DNA from: Saprospiraceae bacterium
Lineage (GTDB): Bacteria > Bacteroidota > Bacteroidia > Chitinophagales > Saprospiraceae
Length of the DNA stretch: 64,000 bases
Direction: 5' to 3'
Assembly (NCBI GenBank): GCA_046299435.1
Contig: JBKBIC010000001.1
Coordinates: forward strand, 7,875 to 71,874
Shown here: positions 37,856 through 47,245 of the stretch, in pieces
How the letters are laid out: every line of letters starts with the position of its first letter
How positions within the stretch are numbered: the stretch's first letter is position 1
Notes under the pieces: model-generated
Databases searched by the model: none
What the model saw: the letters and a program-made list of their open reading frames with translations, nothing else
Told to the model about the DNA's origin: nothing
Position numbers and translations under genes: made by a program

Positions 37856-38653
37856 TTGAAGCCCGGAATAAAAGTCACGCTCCTCATTGCCATCGTGCTG
37901 CTGCTCGACCAGTGGCTCAAATTTCACATCAAGCTCAACTACGAGTACGGCCAAGAGACCCATATTTTCGGGGAAGGCGTGAACTGGGCTTACCTCAAAT
38001 TTGTGGAAAACGAAGGCATGGCATTCGGCATCACCTTCGGCTGGGAATACGGCAAACTGCTCCTGAGCCTTTTCCGCATCTTCATGGTCGCCGGGCTGAT
38101 TTGGTACATGCGCCTGCTCATCCAAGAGCGGGCGGCGGCGGGCTTCCTGTACAGCGTCGGCCTCATTACCGCCGGGGCGGTCGGCAACATTATTGACAGC
38201 GCATTTTATGGCCTCATTTTCACCGAATCGCTCATCCACTCCGACGGGCAGGTGGCCGAATTGGTGCCTTTCGGGCAGGGCTACGGCACGTTTTTGCACG
38301 GAAAAGTGGTGGATATGCTCTATTTCCCGATGCATACGTTCCATGCACCGGATTGGTTGCCGGTTTTCGGCGGCGAGGATTTCCTGTTTTTCAGCCCGAT
38401 TTTCAACATCGCCGATGCCTCCATTACCTGTGGTGTGCTGAGCATCCTGATTTTCCAAAAATGGTTTTTCCACGAGCCAAAGGACGAACCCAATCCACCG
38501 ACACTCGGCAACGTCCAGCCCAAGAACCCCGAAACGATTTTCACCGAAAGTGTGTCCGTTGCGGCCACCATTGCCGGGCTGGACACCGAGTCTGAAACAG
38601 CCGGCACCACCGACCAAGCCGAGAAACCTGCTGATACGACAATGTTGGCCTAA
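37856..38653 (+). CDS. lspA: Lipoprotein signal peptidase (signal peptidase II) with a long Thr/Glu/Pro-rich C-terminal tail
   Basis: DQWLKFHIK, VENEGMAFGI, NIIDSAFYG, VVDMLYF, and FNIADASIT are LspA motifs. There is no in-frame ATG near the N-terminus, so the TTG at 37856 is the assumed start. Confidence 0.8.
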   Translation: MKPGIKVTLLIAIVLLLDQWLKFHIKLNYEYGQETHIFGEGVNWAYLKFVENEGMAFGITFGWEYGKLLLSLFRIFMVAGLIWYMRLLIQERAAAGFLYSVGLITAGAVGNIIDSAFYGLIFTESLIHSDGQVAELVPFGQGYGTFLHGKVVDMLYFPMHTFHAPDWLPVFGGEDFLFFSPIFNIADASITCGVLSILIFQKWFFHEPKDEPNPPTLGNVQPKNPETIFTESVSVAATIAGLDTESETAGTTDQAEKPADTTMLA

Positions 38654-38695
38654 TACATTGCTCGTCGGGTACTTGGGAAATGTTTAGCCTCAAAA

Positions 38696-39133
38696 TCACA
38701 GTTCCAGCTCCTGCAAATCCGGCTCCACCCAACGCGCCCGCGCCCGCACGGACGTAATCAATTCGCGGCTGTAATACCGCATCGGCGCGTCGCTGCCGGC
38801 CAGCGGGCTTGCGAGCAGGTCGTTGACGACTGTCAGCAAATCCCGCCCGCCGCCGAACTTCGCCAGCCAAGTCATCACCAACCAAACCCAAAATAGGGTC
38901 ATCGTTTCGTGATAGCCTCGCGCCGGGGTGTTCACGCCACCAGTCGCCGCATTGTAGGTGATGATGTTGCTGCGCAAAAAGCAAATAGCCTCGTCGGGCG
39001 TATGGTCGAGCAAGTATATGGCTGCGACGGTGACGTGCGCCTTATGTGTCCATTTTTCCGGCGGCAAGGTTTTTTCCTCGAACTGCCGGACGAGCGCGTG
39101 GATTTCCGCCTCTGTTTGATAAGTAGTTTCCAT
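38696..39133 (-). CDS. Conserved hypothetical protein (about 145 aa)
   Basis: Trimmed to ATG 39133 (METTYQTEAEIHALV...). Coding-like composition, 8 nt downstream of the DinB-family gene. No family recognised. Confidence 0.5.
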   Translation of the reverse strand: METTYQTEAEIHALVRQFEEKTLPPEKWTHKAHVTVAAIYLLDHTPDEAICFLRSNIITYNAATGGVNTPARGYHETMTLFWVWLVMTWLAKFGGGRDLLTVVNDLLASPLAGSDAPMRYYSRELITSVRARARWVEPDLQELEL

Positions 39134-39141
39134 GTTTTTGT

Positions 39142-39654
39142 TTACAAATAGCGTTCGCGGAAAACTTTCATGTGGTGGTTTTGGTGCCCGACGATGATGA
39201 AAAAATAGGCCCGCACCGTGACCTTCCAACCGCTGGCTGTGCCCGTGAATTTTGACTGCTCCTCAGAGCATTGTTTCAGTAAAAACAGGGTGTTGTCGCG
39301 CACGGCCTTCCATTCCTTCATCAAATCGCGGATGGTTCGCCCGCGCACGTCGCACTGCTCCATCCAATGGTCTTGGTTGAAGCCGGGCAAAGCTGCTCGG
39401 TCGCCGCGCATGAAAGAGAGCGTCCGGTAGGCAAACACGCGCTCGGTATCAATCATGTGGATGAGCATTTGCTTGACCGTCCATTTGCCCTCGGCGTAGG
39501 CATAATCGCCTTTTTCTTCGGGCAGTTGTCCGAAAAGTTGGACGGCTTCCTTCCATGATTTTTTCAGGAGAGAAGCCGCGCTGCCCCGTGCGGGGACTTG
39601 GGAGAGGTAATTTTCGTGGAAAGGGGCGAACTCGCCCTGCTTGGGTCGTTTCAT
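39142..39654 (-). CDS. DinB-family (DinB_2) metal-dependent four-helix-bundle protein
   Basis: Trimmed to ATG 39654. It has the His triad pattern (MLIHMIDTERVF ... FNQDHW ... IIVGHQNHHMKV). Confidence 0.8.
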   Translation of the reverse strand: MKRPKQGEFAPFHENYLSQVPARGSAASLLKKSWKEAVQLFGQLPEEKGDYAYAEGKWTVKQMLIHMIDTERVFAYRTLSFMRGDRAALPGFNQDHWMEQCDVRGRTIRDLMKEWKAVRDNTLFLLKQCSEEQSKFTGTASGWKVTVRAYFFIIVGHQNHHMKVFRERYL

Positions 39655-39690
39655 GTTTTCAAATATTTTAGTTGAGACGAAATCGCGCAA

Positions 39691-40071
39691 TCAAGACTTT
39701 GCCAACCGGGTCATAAACACTACCTCGAACACCGTGTAAACAACATAGACCAACAGGAAAATCAGGACGAACCATGTGTTTTCGGGCTTTGCCGCTGACT
39801 TGTAAACGAACAGCGCGGCCAGCGAGATCACCATTTTCCCAAAGACGGATAGCGAAACCACACTGTTGAAAGCCATTTTGCTGCGGCTTTTGACTGTACC
39901 TGCCCCGGCGTAAAACAGTCCAATTGAAATGCCGACGAAAAGTAGCACTGTCCCGGCGGCAAATTTTCCGTGCGCCTGTGCTTGCGGCACCAAGAAATAA
40001 AGTGCTGCCAAAACAAGCACTGTCCCGCCTGTAACCAAGGCCAATTGGGAGAAAAATCGCTTGGAATCCAT
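39691..40071 (-). CDS. Small 4-TM membrane protein (possibly the DUF6168-type protein that follows AtpZ in Bacteroidota)
   Basis: Four hydrophobic helices in 126 aa. It lies immediately downstream of the AtpZ-like gene. The family assignment is from memory of typical gene order, not from a motif. Confidence 0.55.
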   Translation of the reverse strand: MDSKRFFSQLALVTGGTVLVLAALYFLVPQAQAHGKFAAGTVLLFVGISIGLFYAGAGTVKSRSKMAFNSVVSLSVFGKMVISLAALFVYKSAAKPENTWFVLIFLLVYVVYTVFEVVFMTRLAKS

Positions 40072-40089
40072 GTGCTAACTTCTTGGAAA

Positions 40090-40320
40090 TCAGTCGCGTA
40101 GCAACTGTTTGTAAACGGAATAGAATGCCGCTGCCATAAAACCGATGGTCAGGAAAACAGCCCAGAGCGGGCGGTCGAGTTGCATTTTCGCATCAAGCCA
40201 TTTCCCGATGAACACCCCGACGAGACAGGCCGCCAGAAACTGGAAGGCCATGCCCCCGTACTTGGCGTAGGCTTTGGCCGCAGCCCTACGCTTTTCCTGC
40301 GGCGACTGTGGCTGTGGCAT
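40090..40320 (-). CDS. AtpZ/AtpI-family small membrane protein
   Basis: Trimmed to ATG 40320: MPQPQSPQEKRRAAAKAYAKYGGMAFQFLAACLVGVFIGKWLD...LTIGFMAAAFYSVYK. A basic N-terminus plus two TM helices is typical of AtpZ. Confidence 0.65.
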   Translation of the reverse strand: MPQPQSPQEKRRAAAKAYAKYGGMAFQFLAACLVGVFIGKWLDAKMQLDRPLWAVFLTIGFMAAAFYSVYKQLLRD

Positions 40321-40759
40321 TGCTTGGGTTGTTTTTTGAATCCGGGTTTTTGGTTCCGTTGCTGGAAGAAAAACCGTCGTTGCCCATTTTGCAGGCCACG
40401 TTGAATTTTGCGCCGCTTTGCACGATGAGTTTCCCGGTGAAAATATCACCATCTACAGTCGCTGTTTCGCGGATATTCAGCAGTTCGGATACGCGCAGGG
40501 TACCACTAAAATTGCCTTCTATCACGGCGTTCTGGCAGTTAACCTCGCCTTCGATTGTGCCTGTCGGGCCGATGATGAGCTTAGCTTTGCAAGTGAGTTT
40601 TCCTTTGATGCTGCCGTCCACGCGCAGGTCGCTTTCACATTTTAGGGTGCCTTCCATGGCAGACCCTTTGACCAAGGTATTCAGGCCGTTCGACGGCGCG
40701 GCAGAGGTGGGGGAGACGGATTTTTTTGCCTCTTCGGGAGCTTTCGTGTTTCCAAACAT
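40286..40759 (-). CDS. Bactofilin (polymer-forming cytoskeletal protein)
   Basis: Beta-helical repeat core: LVKGSAMEGTLKCESDLRVDGSIKGKLTCKAKLIIGPTGTIEGEVNCQNAVIEGNFSGTLRV...TVDGDIFTGKLIVQSGAKF. Confidence 0.85.
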   Translation of the reverse strand: MFGNTKAPEEAKKSVSPTSAAPSNGLNTLVKGSAMEGTLKCESDLRVDGSIKGKLTCKAKLIIGPTGTIEGEVNCQNAVIEGNFSGTLRVSELLNIRETATVDGDIFTGKLIVQSGAKFNVACKMGNDGFSSSNGTKNPDSKNNPSNATATVAAGKA

Positions 40760-40824
40760 AGCGTTGCGATTTAATTAAGGAGGGTGATTGATAGGCACAT
40801 AGCCCATAAACCATGTCAAAAATG

Positions 40825-40867
40825 AAAAAGATTTCCGACGCGCCCAAGCGGTTCGGAAATCTTTTTC
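40825..40867 (-). terminator. Hairpin terminator after the PorP/SprF gene
   Basis: GATTTCCGA (40830-40838) / TCGGAAATC (40853-40861), flanked by an A-run and a T-run, so it is usable on both strands. Confidence 0.55.
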
Positions 40868-40900
40868 TAAATGATGATATGTAAGCCTAAACCGGATGGT

Positions 40901-41950
40901 TTAGAAATTGGGGCAGTACACGCCGCGACGTTCCGGGCCGCAGATTTTGTACACGAGCGAGAACTCGAATGCACCGTTGCCGTTTGTGGCCGGGAAAAGG
41001 CTCGAAGTATTGATGTCGTAGCTGAACCCGATGGTGAACTGTTCGTAGTCGAAGCGGGTGCTGAGGATGAAGGCATCCATCAACTTGCCTTTTTCGAGCT
41101 TGTTCGAGATGCGCGCCCATGCACCGAGCTGGAAGGCTTGATAATAGCGGCGGCTGTTGCCGAGCAGGAACTTGAACGAGTTGCCGAAGTTCACTTGGAA
41201 GGACGGGCCTTGGATGAAACTCACGATGCCGGGCACCATGCCGACTTTTTGGCCAACCATGAATTCACCGCCGGCGTGGAAGGTGAATTTGCTGTAAAGC
41301 GGAATGGTTTCTTTGTCGCCGAAGGACTGGTTGGCGCGGTTCAAGTGGTTGAAAGCACCGCCGAAGTAGAAGTTGCGGTCTTCGTCCAACACCGAGAACC
41401 AGAGCAGGCCAGCGGAGAGGTCGAGGAACATGAAATTCGGGTCGTCAATGATTTCGCCGGGCAAGTTGCCATTGAAACCGCCGTTTCCGTCGTGTTGGCT
41501 CGGCCATTGAAGGGCGGCACTGTTGATGCTGCGCTGACTCACGCCTGCGTCGGCACCCAACACGAGGTAGTGTGCCTTGCGGCGGTAGCCGCCCATTTTT
41601 TTGGAATATGAACCCGAAAGGCGTGCCTGCAAAGTGGCAAATTCCGAGGAGCCGGCCTTGTCACCCCACAAGGTGCCGCCCACGCCGAAATAATCGAAAC
41701 GCCCCACTGGCACTTTTTGGTCGTAAGAGGCCGAGTAAGTATTGTAAGCGTTTTGTTTCAGGATGGAAGCCCATTGGTTGCGGTAGTTGCCGACGATGCG
41801 GTGGTTGCAGTTCATCACCCCGGTCAGAGCGGGGTTGAGATTGAGCGGACTCATGTAGAACTGCGAGAAGTGGATGTCTTGCGCTTGCATCGTCGTCGTG
41901 GCCGACAGCACCACAAGGCTAAGGGAAAGGATTGGTGCAAAAAGTTTCAT
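40901..41950 (-). CDS. PorP/SprF-family type IX secretion system membrane protein
   Basis: MKLFAPILSLSLVVL...AQDIHFSQFYMSPLNLNPALTG is the hallmark N-terminal motif. I chose ATG 41950 over GTG 41956. Confidence 0.85.
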   Translation of the reverse strand: MKLFAPILSLSLVVLSATTTMQAQDIHFSQFYMSPLNLNPALTGVMNCNHRIVGNYRNQWASILKQNAYNTYSASYDQKVPVGRFDYFGVGGTLWGDKAGSSEFATLQARLSGSYSKKMGGYRRKAHYLVLGADAGVSQRSINSAALQWPSQHDGNGGFNGNLPGEIIDDPNFMFLDLSAGLLWFSVLDEDRNFYFGGAFNHLNRANQSFGDKETIPLYSKFTFHAGGEFMVGQKVGMVPGIVSFIQGPSFQVNFGNSFKFLLGNSRRYYQAFQLGAWARISNKLEKGKLMDAFILSTRFDYEQFTIGFSYDINTSSLFPATNGNGAFEFSLVYKICGPERRGVYCPNF

Positions 41951-42229
41951 AGACACGCAGAATGTGTTATTTGTGTGAAAAACCGGAGTACAATATTACG
42001 TTGGCTTCCAAGAGCCAGAATAATTTTTTTCGTTAAGATGCGCGAAGGTATCTTTTTTTGGAACCGGGCTTTCGGTTTTGGGCACTTTTGCCGCCTGTTT
42101 ACCAAACTTCAGGGGGATGAAAGGGCGGTTGGCCCGCTGTTTTTTGTGGCACTTTTGGAAGGAAGGGATTTGGCAGAAAGAGACAATGGGAGATAAAAAT
42201 GCTGCTTTCGCGCTTGCCACAAGTTGCGC

Positions 42230-43447
42230 CTATGAACGCGGGAGCGTCAGTTTTATTTGACTGATTCTACGGCTATCCGACATAATCACGGTCAGCGTGT
42301 AACCGCCCCACCGCACCTCGGTGCCTTTTTTCGGGATGTCGCCGCTCAATTCGAGCATCAAGCCAGCTAATGTGTCCGCGCCATCGCGCACCTCGTCGAA
42401 GGTTTCTGGCGCAATCCCGACCGTGCGGCACACATCCAACAACAAAGTCCGACCTTCAAATAGGTAGTTGAAATCGTCCAGTTTTGTGAAGCGCACTTCG
42501 CTCTCCGTATCAAATTCGTCTCGGATATCGCCCGTGACCTCCTCCAAAATATCCTCCATCGTCACGATGCCTGCGCTGCCGCCGTATTCGTCCACGACGA
42601 CGGCCATGTGCTGGCGTTTTTTCTTGAACTCGGCCAGCAGTTCGGAAATACGCTTCGATTCCGGCACGAGCAAGAAATCCGTCCGAATCAACGGTTGCCA
42701 CTCGAAGTCCAGGCCTTTTTCGAGGTGCGGTACCAAGTCTTTCACATATAGGATCCCGGTCACGTTGTCCAAGTCCTCATCGAAAACAGGTATCCGCGAA
42801 AACTCGTACTCGCGCACCACAGCCAACAATTCCTCAAAATTTACCCGAAAATCCACAGCTACCACCTTCGGGCGCGGCTGCATCACTTGCTTCACGGTCA
42901 CATCGCTGAATTTCACGATGCTCCGCAGCATTTCCATCTCGTGTTTTTCATTCGCCTGCTTGGCACTTTCCGGGCTTGTGGCGTCGGCAGGCTCCGGCGT
43001 TTCGGTGAGAGGTTCTGCCCGCCGTTTTTTTACAAATGGGGAAAAAATTGTTTTCCAAAAAAGAACAAGCCCCGCTAAGCGGCGCGAAATCTCGACCGCT
43101 CGGCGGGGCTTGGGCAATTGTTTAGTGCCCCAAAAAATGGCCGCCAACACACCTATTAATATGGTATGCGCTGTGAATGCTTCCCATATCGTCGGCATCG
43201 GCAAATTTGCCCAGAGCCACGCGACCGCAAACACCGCAATCGAAATCTTGAAAAAGACGCGGGCTAGCAGCAATGCCGCAAACGTCGGCCTCAAGTCGTC
43301 GGTCAATTTCAAGAGCCGCTTCCCTTCGGGCGTGTCGTCGTGCCGCAAGGCTTCCGCTTCCTGCGGCGTGACGGACACGAGTGCCCGCTCCGCGAGGACA
43401 ATCAGGAAATAGAGTAGGAAGCCAATGAAAAACCAGCCCATGTGCAT
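42230..43447 (-). CDS. gldE: CNNM/HlyC-CorC-family membrane protein (gliding motility-associated GldE type)
   Basis: N-terminal TM (DUF21-like) region, CBS pair (VKQVMQPRPKVVAVD...; ...LVPESKRISELL), and CorC_HlyC C-terminus. The conserved mutY-ssb-gldE neighbourhood is known from Flavobacterium. Confidence 0.75.
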   Translation of the reverse strand: MHMGWFFIGFLLYFLIVLAERALVSVTPQEAEALRHDDTPEGKRLLKLTDDLRPTFAALLLARVFFKISIAVFAVAWLWANLPMPTIWEAFTAHTILIGVLAAIFWGTKQLPKPRRAVEISRRLAGLVLFWKTIFSPFVKKRRAEPLTETPEPADATSPESAKQANEKHEMEMLRSIVKFSDVTVKQVMQPRPKVVAVDFRVNFEELLAVVREYEFSRIPVFDEDLDNVTGILYVKDLVPHLEKGLDFEWQPLIRTDFLLVPESKRISELLAEFKKKRQHMAVVVDEYGGSAGIVTMEDILEEVTGDIRDEFDTESEVRFTKLDDFNYLFEGRTLLLDVCRTVGIAPETFDEVRDGADTLAGLMLELSGDIPKKGTEVRWGGYTLTVIMSDSRRISQIKLTLPRS

Positions 43448-43466
43448 CGGAGTTTTTCGGATGGCA

Positions 43467-43931
43467 TCAGAACGGCAGGTCGTCGCCGCCTGCCGGGGCC
43501 GATGCATCGGCTCCGGTGTTCATAGGTGGCGCAGGAGTGGCACTGCGAGTCGGCGGTGCTGCGTCGGCAGTCGGAAAGTTGCGTTGCTCAAAGTTGCCGC
43601 CGCCTTCGCGTTTTTCGAGGAGGCGGAACGTGCTCGCCACGATATCTGTCGTATATCGTTCGTTGCCATCTTTATCGTTGTATTTGCGATAGCTAATCTT
43701 GCCTTCCACATATACCAACATTCCTTTTTTAAGCTGTTTTTCGGCACGGTCAGCAAGGTCTCGCCACAACACTATGTTGTGCCACTCTGTGAGCTTCTGC
43801 CATTCTCCGTTTTTGTCTTGGTAGTTTTCGCCTGTCGCTAACGATACGCTTGCGACCATGATACCGCTATCCAAGTGCCTTACTTCTGGGTCTTTGCCCA
43901 AATTGCCGATGAGCGTTACTTTGTTTACCAT
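43467..43931 (-). CDS. ssb: Single-stranded DNA-binding protein
   Basis: MVNKVTLIGNLGKDPEVR OB-fold, a Gly/Pro-rich tail, and the acidic tip DDLPF. Confidence 0.95.
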   Translation of the reverse strand: MVNKVTLIGNLGKDPEVRHLDSGIMVASVSLATGENYQDKNGEWQKLTEWHNIVLWRDLADRAEKQLKKGMLVYVEGKISYRKYNDKDGNERYTTDIVASTFRLLEKREGGGNFEQRNFPTADAAPPTRSATPAPPMNTGADASAPAGGDDLPF

Positions 43932-43982
43932 GATGTCCTCCTTTTTGAGATGAATTTGTTTTAGATTTTTCGTTCTCCTGTT

Positions 43983-45098
43983 TTAAAACAGGCTTAAAAG
44001 TAGCACTTCATCGCGCAAATATGAATCAATTATGCGCGGCACAGCGTACATTTTTTTCAACTGTATTCGATTTGTTCGGATGTATTTTCTGGACAGGGAT
44101 TCGAGGTTTTTAGAGCCTAAATCATTGTCTTTCAGCACGATTTCACAAAAAATAGCCATGACTGTTTGGTGCGTCAGCACTTGTTTGTAGGGCTTCGAAA
44201 CCTGCAAAACCTCAAAGCCGTTGGCTTCTCCGTCCAAAAAATTGTTTGAAATTATGTCCACGATTTCCGTCCGCTCGGTTGGCAAGGCGGTCAATTCGGC
44301 CAACGGGAATTCGTACAAATCCTGCCAAATATCGCGCTCGGAACGTTTTCGGACGAACGTGTCTGCGCCCACACGGAAAACAGCAAACAGAAAAAAACGC
44401 TCCTTTTTTTCCAACCGCCGCCCGCGCACGGGCAGTTCCGACACCTTATTATATAGGTGTGCCGCGCACTGCGGGCGCATCGGGCAGGCGAGGCATTTGG
44501 GTTGCTGCGGCGTGCAGTGCGTCGCCCCGAAATCCATGATAGCTTGGTTGAAGTCGGCAGGCCGGGTGGGGTCGAGCACTTGGTTGGCGAGCCGGGCAAA
44601 TTCCTTTTTGGCAGCAGGCAGATTCGTCGGTGTTTCAATGCCGAAAAACCGCGCCAGCACCCGATACACATTCCCGTCGAGTACCGCGTGCGGCAGCCCG
44701 AACGCGAACGAGGCAATGGCTGCCGCCGTGTAATCGCCCACACCTTTTAGTTGCAGGAGCGCCTCGAAAGTGTCCGGGAATCGCCCGCCCAACTCGTGGG
44801 CTACGAATTTGGCCGTCGCGTGCAGGTTGCGGGCGCGGGAGTAGTAGCCGAGGCCCTGCCAAGTTTTCATCACCTCGTCCTCCGGCGCGTCGGCGAGGTC
44901 GCGGACGGTCGGGTACTGCGCCACGAATTTTTGGAAATACGGCAGCCCTTGCTCCACGCGGGTCTGCTGCAAAATGATTTCCGAAAGCCAGATTTTGTAG
45001 GGGTCGCGTTCGCCTTTCCACGGTAGTGGGCGGTGGTTTTGGGCAAACCACGCCAACAGGTTTTCGGTAAAAAATCGGTGCGTCGTCCCTTGATTCAT
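43983..45098 (-). CDS. mutY: A/G-specific adenine DNA glycosylase
   Basis: Trimmed to ATG 45098. [24 protein letters not shown], HhH-GPD ([15 protein letters not shown]), Fe-S cluster CxxxxxxCxxCPxxxxC, and a NUDIX-like C-terminal domain. Confidence 0.9.
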   Translation of the reverse strand: MNQGTTHRFFTENLLAWFAQNHRPLPWKGERDPYKIWLSEIILQQTRVEQGLPYFQKFVAQYPTVRDLADAPEDEVMKTWQGLGYYSRARNLHATAKFVAHELGGRFPDTFEALLQLKGVGDYTAAAIASFAFGLPHAVLDGNVYRVLARFFGIETPTNLPAAKKEFARLANQVLDPTRPADFNQAIMDFGATHCTPQQPKCLACPMRPQCAAHLYNKVSELPVRGRRLEKKERFFLFAVFRVGADTFVRKRSERDIWQDLYEFPLAELTALPTERTEIVDIISNNFLDGEANGFEVLQVSKPYKQVLTHQTVMAIFCEIVLKDNDLGSKNLESLSRKYIRTNRIQLKKMYAVPRIIDSYLRDEVLLLSLF

Positions 45099-45547
45099 TC
45101 GCGGTTTTTTGAATCCATGAGGATAGTCACCGGCCCGTCGTTGAGCAGCGATACTTTCATGTCCGCGCCAAACTCGCCGGTCAGCACGGGCCGCCCGGAT
45201 TCGCGGGCGAGCGCGGCAACGAATTTTTCGTACATCGGCACCGCAAAATCCGGGCGGGCAGCACGGATGAACGACGGGCGGTTGCCTTTTTTCGTGCTGG
45301 CATGGAGCGTGAACTGGCTGACCACGAGGCACTCGCCGCCGATGTCCTGCACCGAACGGTTCATCAGCCCGGCCTCGTCGGAGAAGATGCGGAGGGCCGC
45401 TATTTTTTTGACGAGCCAATCGAGGTCGTCCTCCGTGTCCTCGTGTTCGATGCCGAGCAAAATGAGCAGGCCCCAGCCGATGGCCGATTTGACCGCGCCG
45501 TCAATCGTGACGGAAGCTGCTGATACTCTTTGAATTACGACGCGCAT
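45095..45547 (-). CDS. dtd: D-aminoacyl-tRNA deacylase
   Basis: Trimmed to ATG 45547: [17 protein letters not shown]...LLILLGI...VSQFTLHA...GNRPSF. There is a 4-nt overlap with the mutY start. Confidence 0.9.
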   Translation of the reverse strand: MRVVIQRVSAASVTIDGAVKSAIGWGLLILLGIEHEDTEDDLDWLVKKIAALRIFSDEAGLMNRSVQDIGGECLVVSQFTLHASTKKGNRPSFIRAARPDFAVPMYEKFVAALARESGRPVLTGEFGADMKVSLLNDGPVTILMDSKNRE

Positions 45548-46156
45548 GGCTAAAAAAGGAGGGTTTGGGCGGCGAAGATAGGCAGTTCGGCGGCGGCTTA
45601 TTTCCAAACGGATAGTTTTGAAAAGTTGCAAACAATCGGAAAACGAGCTTTTTTAAATCGCTGGAAATCAGCCAGCTGGAAAAACCACGTTTGGGCAAAA
45701 ACCTGTGGAAAACCCGCCGACAAGCTGACACCCGCCAACAGGCCCGGCCCAAAACCGACGGAAAACCCGGCCGCCGCGTCCGGCTTGTGGGCAAGTGGGC
45801 ATCAAGCTGACAATTTTCCACAATCAGCTCCACGCCCGAAAAGACCAACGTCCCGCGCTCCAAAACTTCTCGACAAGCTTGTGGAAAACAGGGCAACGCA
45901 TTGAATTTGAGTTGAATAGCCAACCGCCAGCCTGTTGAAAACACGGCACGGGCTTGGGCAGAATTTTTCGGCAAGGCATGGTTATGCCCGTTTTGCACAA
46001 GCTCACACCCCTGATGATGGCCGCCTGTTTTTTTTAATTTAAAACCTATAAACATTGACACAGGCATTGCGGACGAAAACCGCGTGCGCAAAATTGATTT
46101 CTACTTTTGTTTCAAAAAATCGGGCGGCCAGCAAAACACCGCGCCGAAGGTTCAAG
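45548..46156. other. Candidate chromosomal replication origin (DnaA-box cluster plus AT-rich tract)
   Basis: TGTGGAAAA at 45704-45712 and 45880-45888; TTTTCCACA at 45814-45822; one-mismatch copies at 45933-45941 and 45992-46000; AT-rich tract at 46027-46056; no credible ORF. It lies between divergent gene blocks. Confidence 0.4.
46102..46109 (+). promoter_or_regulatory. Candidate -7 box (TACTTTTG) for ctaA
   Basis: Exact TAnnTTTG, 47 nt upstream of ATG 46157. Confidence 0.35.
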
Positions 46157-47245
46157 ATGGGTATTTTCAATTTCAAATACACAGACGAGGCTGCGGTGCC
46201 GCGCCCGGTCAAAATCTGGTTGGTCATCGGGCTTTTCATGTTGTTCATGCAAATCGTCATTGGCGGCATCACGCGGCTGACGGGCAGCGGCCTGAGCATC
46301 ACGAAGTGGGAAATCGTCACGGGCACGTTGCCGCCGCTGAACGAGGCCGCGTGGCTCGACGAGTTTGACAAGTACAAGGCCACGCCGCAGTACCAAAAAA
46401 TCAACGCCGGGATGTCGCTCGGCGAGTTCAAGTTCATCTATTTCTGGGAGTATCTGCATCGGCTTTGGGCGCGGTGGATGGGTGTGGTTTTCGCCGTGCC
46501 GTTTGTCTGGTTTCTGCGGCGCGGGATGTTGCCTCGCTCGCTGGTCGGGCGGCTGGGCGGAGTGATTGGGCTGGCTGCGTTGGCGGCTTCGTTCGGCTGG
46601 ATAATGGTCGCCAGCGGCCTTGTCAACCGCCCCTGGGTCAATGCCTACAAACTGACCCTGCACCTGACCATCGGCTTCTCTGTTTTTGCTTGGCTGCTGT
46701 GGGCGACACTCCATGTTTTCCAACCGACGGTGCCGAAAATCACGGGCGCGGTGAATTTGAAAAAATGGACGCTCGGCATCTCGCTGCTCGCACTGGTGCA
46801 GTTCATGTTGGGCGGCGTGATGAGCGGCATGAAGGCCGGGCTTTTTTTCCCGACATGGCCCGACATGAACGGCGAATACTTGCCTGCCGTACTGCTCGAC
46901 GTGGGCCAATGGAATGTGGAAAACTTTGTGAATTACGATTCCAACCCGTTCATGCCCGCGCTCATCCACGTCTTGCACCGGAACACTGCTTACTTGTTGA
47001 CAATCATGGTGTTATGGCTGTTTTTCCACAACCTGAAAGCCCAATCCACGCCCATTTACCGCACCGGGAATTATGTGTTGATAACCATGTTGGTAACGCA
47101 AGTGCTGCTCGGCATCCTGACCGTCGTGAACTGCAAGGCGCACATCCCCGTCGGGCTGGGCGAGCTGCACCAAATGGGCGGCGTGCTGCTGCTGGCCGTG
47201 CTGATTTTTATGAATTACCAACTGCGCGGGAGCAGCCCAAAGTGA
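46157..47245 (+). CDS. ctaA: Heme A synthase (COX15/CtaA family)
   Basis: Trimmed to ATG 46157. VIGGITRLTGSGLSITKWEIVTG, FKFIYFWEYLHRLWAR, HVLHRNTAY, and ELHQMGGV (His ligands), with 8 TM helices. Confidence 0.85.
   Translation: MGIFNFKYTDEAAVPRPVKIWLVIGLFMLFMQIVIGGITRLTGSGLSITKWEIVTGTLPPLNEAAWLDEFDKYKATPQYQKINAGMSLGEFKFIYFWEYLHRLWARWMGVVFAVPFVWFLRRGMLPRSLVGRLGGVIGLAALAASFGWIMVASGLVNRPWVNAYKLTLHLTIGFSVFAWLLWATLHVFQPTVPKITGAVNLKKWTLGISLLALVQFMLGGVMSGMKAGLFFPTWPDMNGEYLPAVLLDVGQWNVENFVNYDSNPFMPALIHVLHRNTAYLLTIMVLWLFFHNLKAQSTPIYRTGNYVLITMLVTQVLLGILTVVNCKAHIPVGLGELHQMGGVLLLAVLIFMNYQLRGSSPK

Noticed and set aside
43983-45547. The dtd-mutY 4-nt overlap and the mutY-ssb-gldE order as something unusual.
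   Set aside because: ATGA overlaps are common operon junctions, and this gene order is a known conserved arrangement in Bacteroidota.
45501-46091. ORFs inside the candidate origin region (45501-46091 -, 45626-45904 +, 45824-46006 -).
   Set aside because: The peptides are low-complexity and basic, with no recognisable motif. They overlap each other and the DnaA-box-like repeats.
45548-46156. RNase P RNA, tmRNA, SRP or 6S RNA, or a tRNA, in this and the other large spacers (9080-9458, 20398-20798, 41957-42229, 59189-59567, 62010-62372).
   Set aside because: I found none of the conserved cores I can recognise by eye: GGAAAGTCC for RNase P, a tRNA-like GGTTCGAATCC T-arm, or the SRP GGAA tetraloop helix. 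A covariance-model scan would be needed for certainty.
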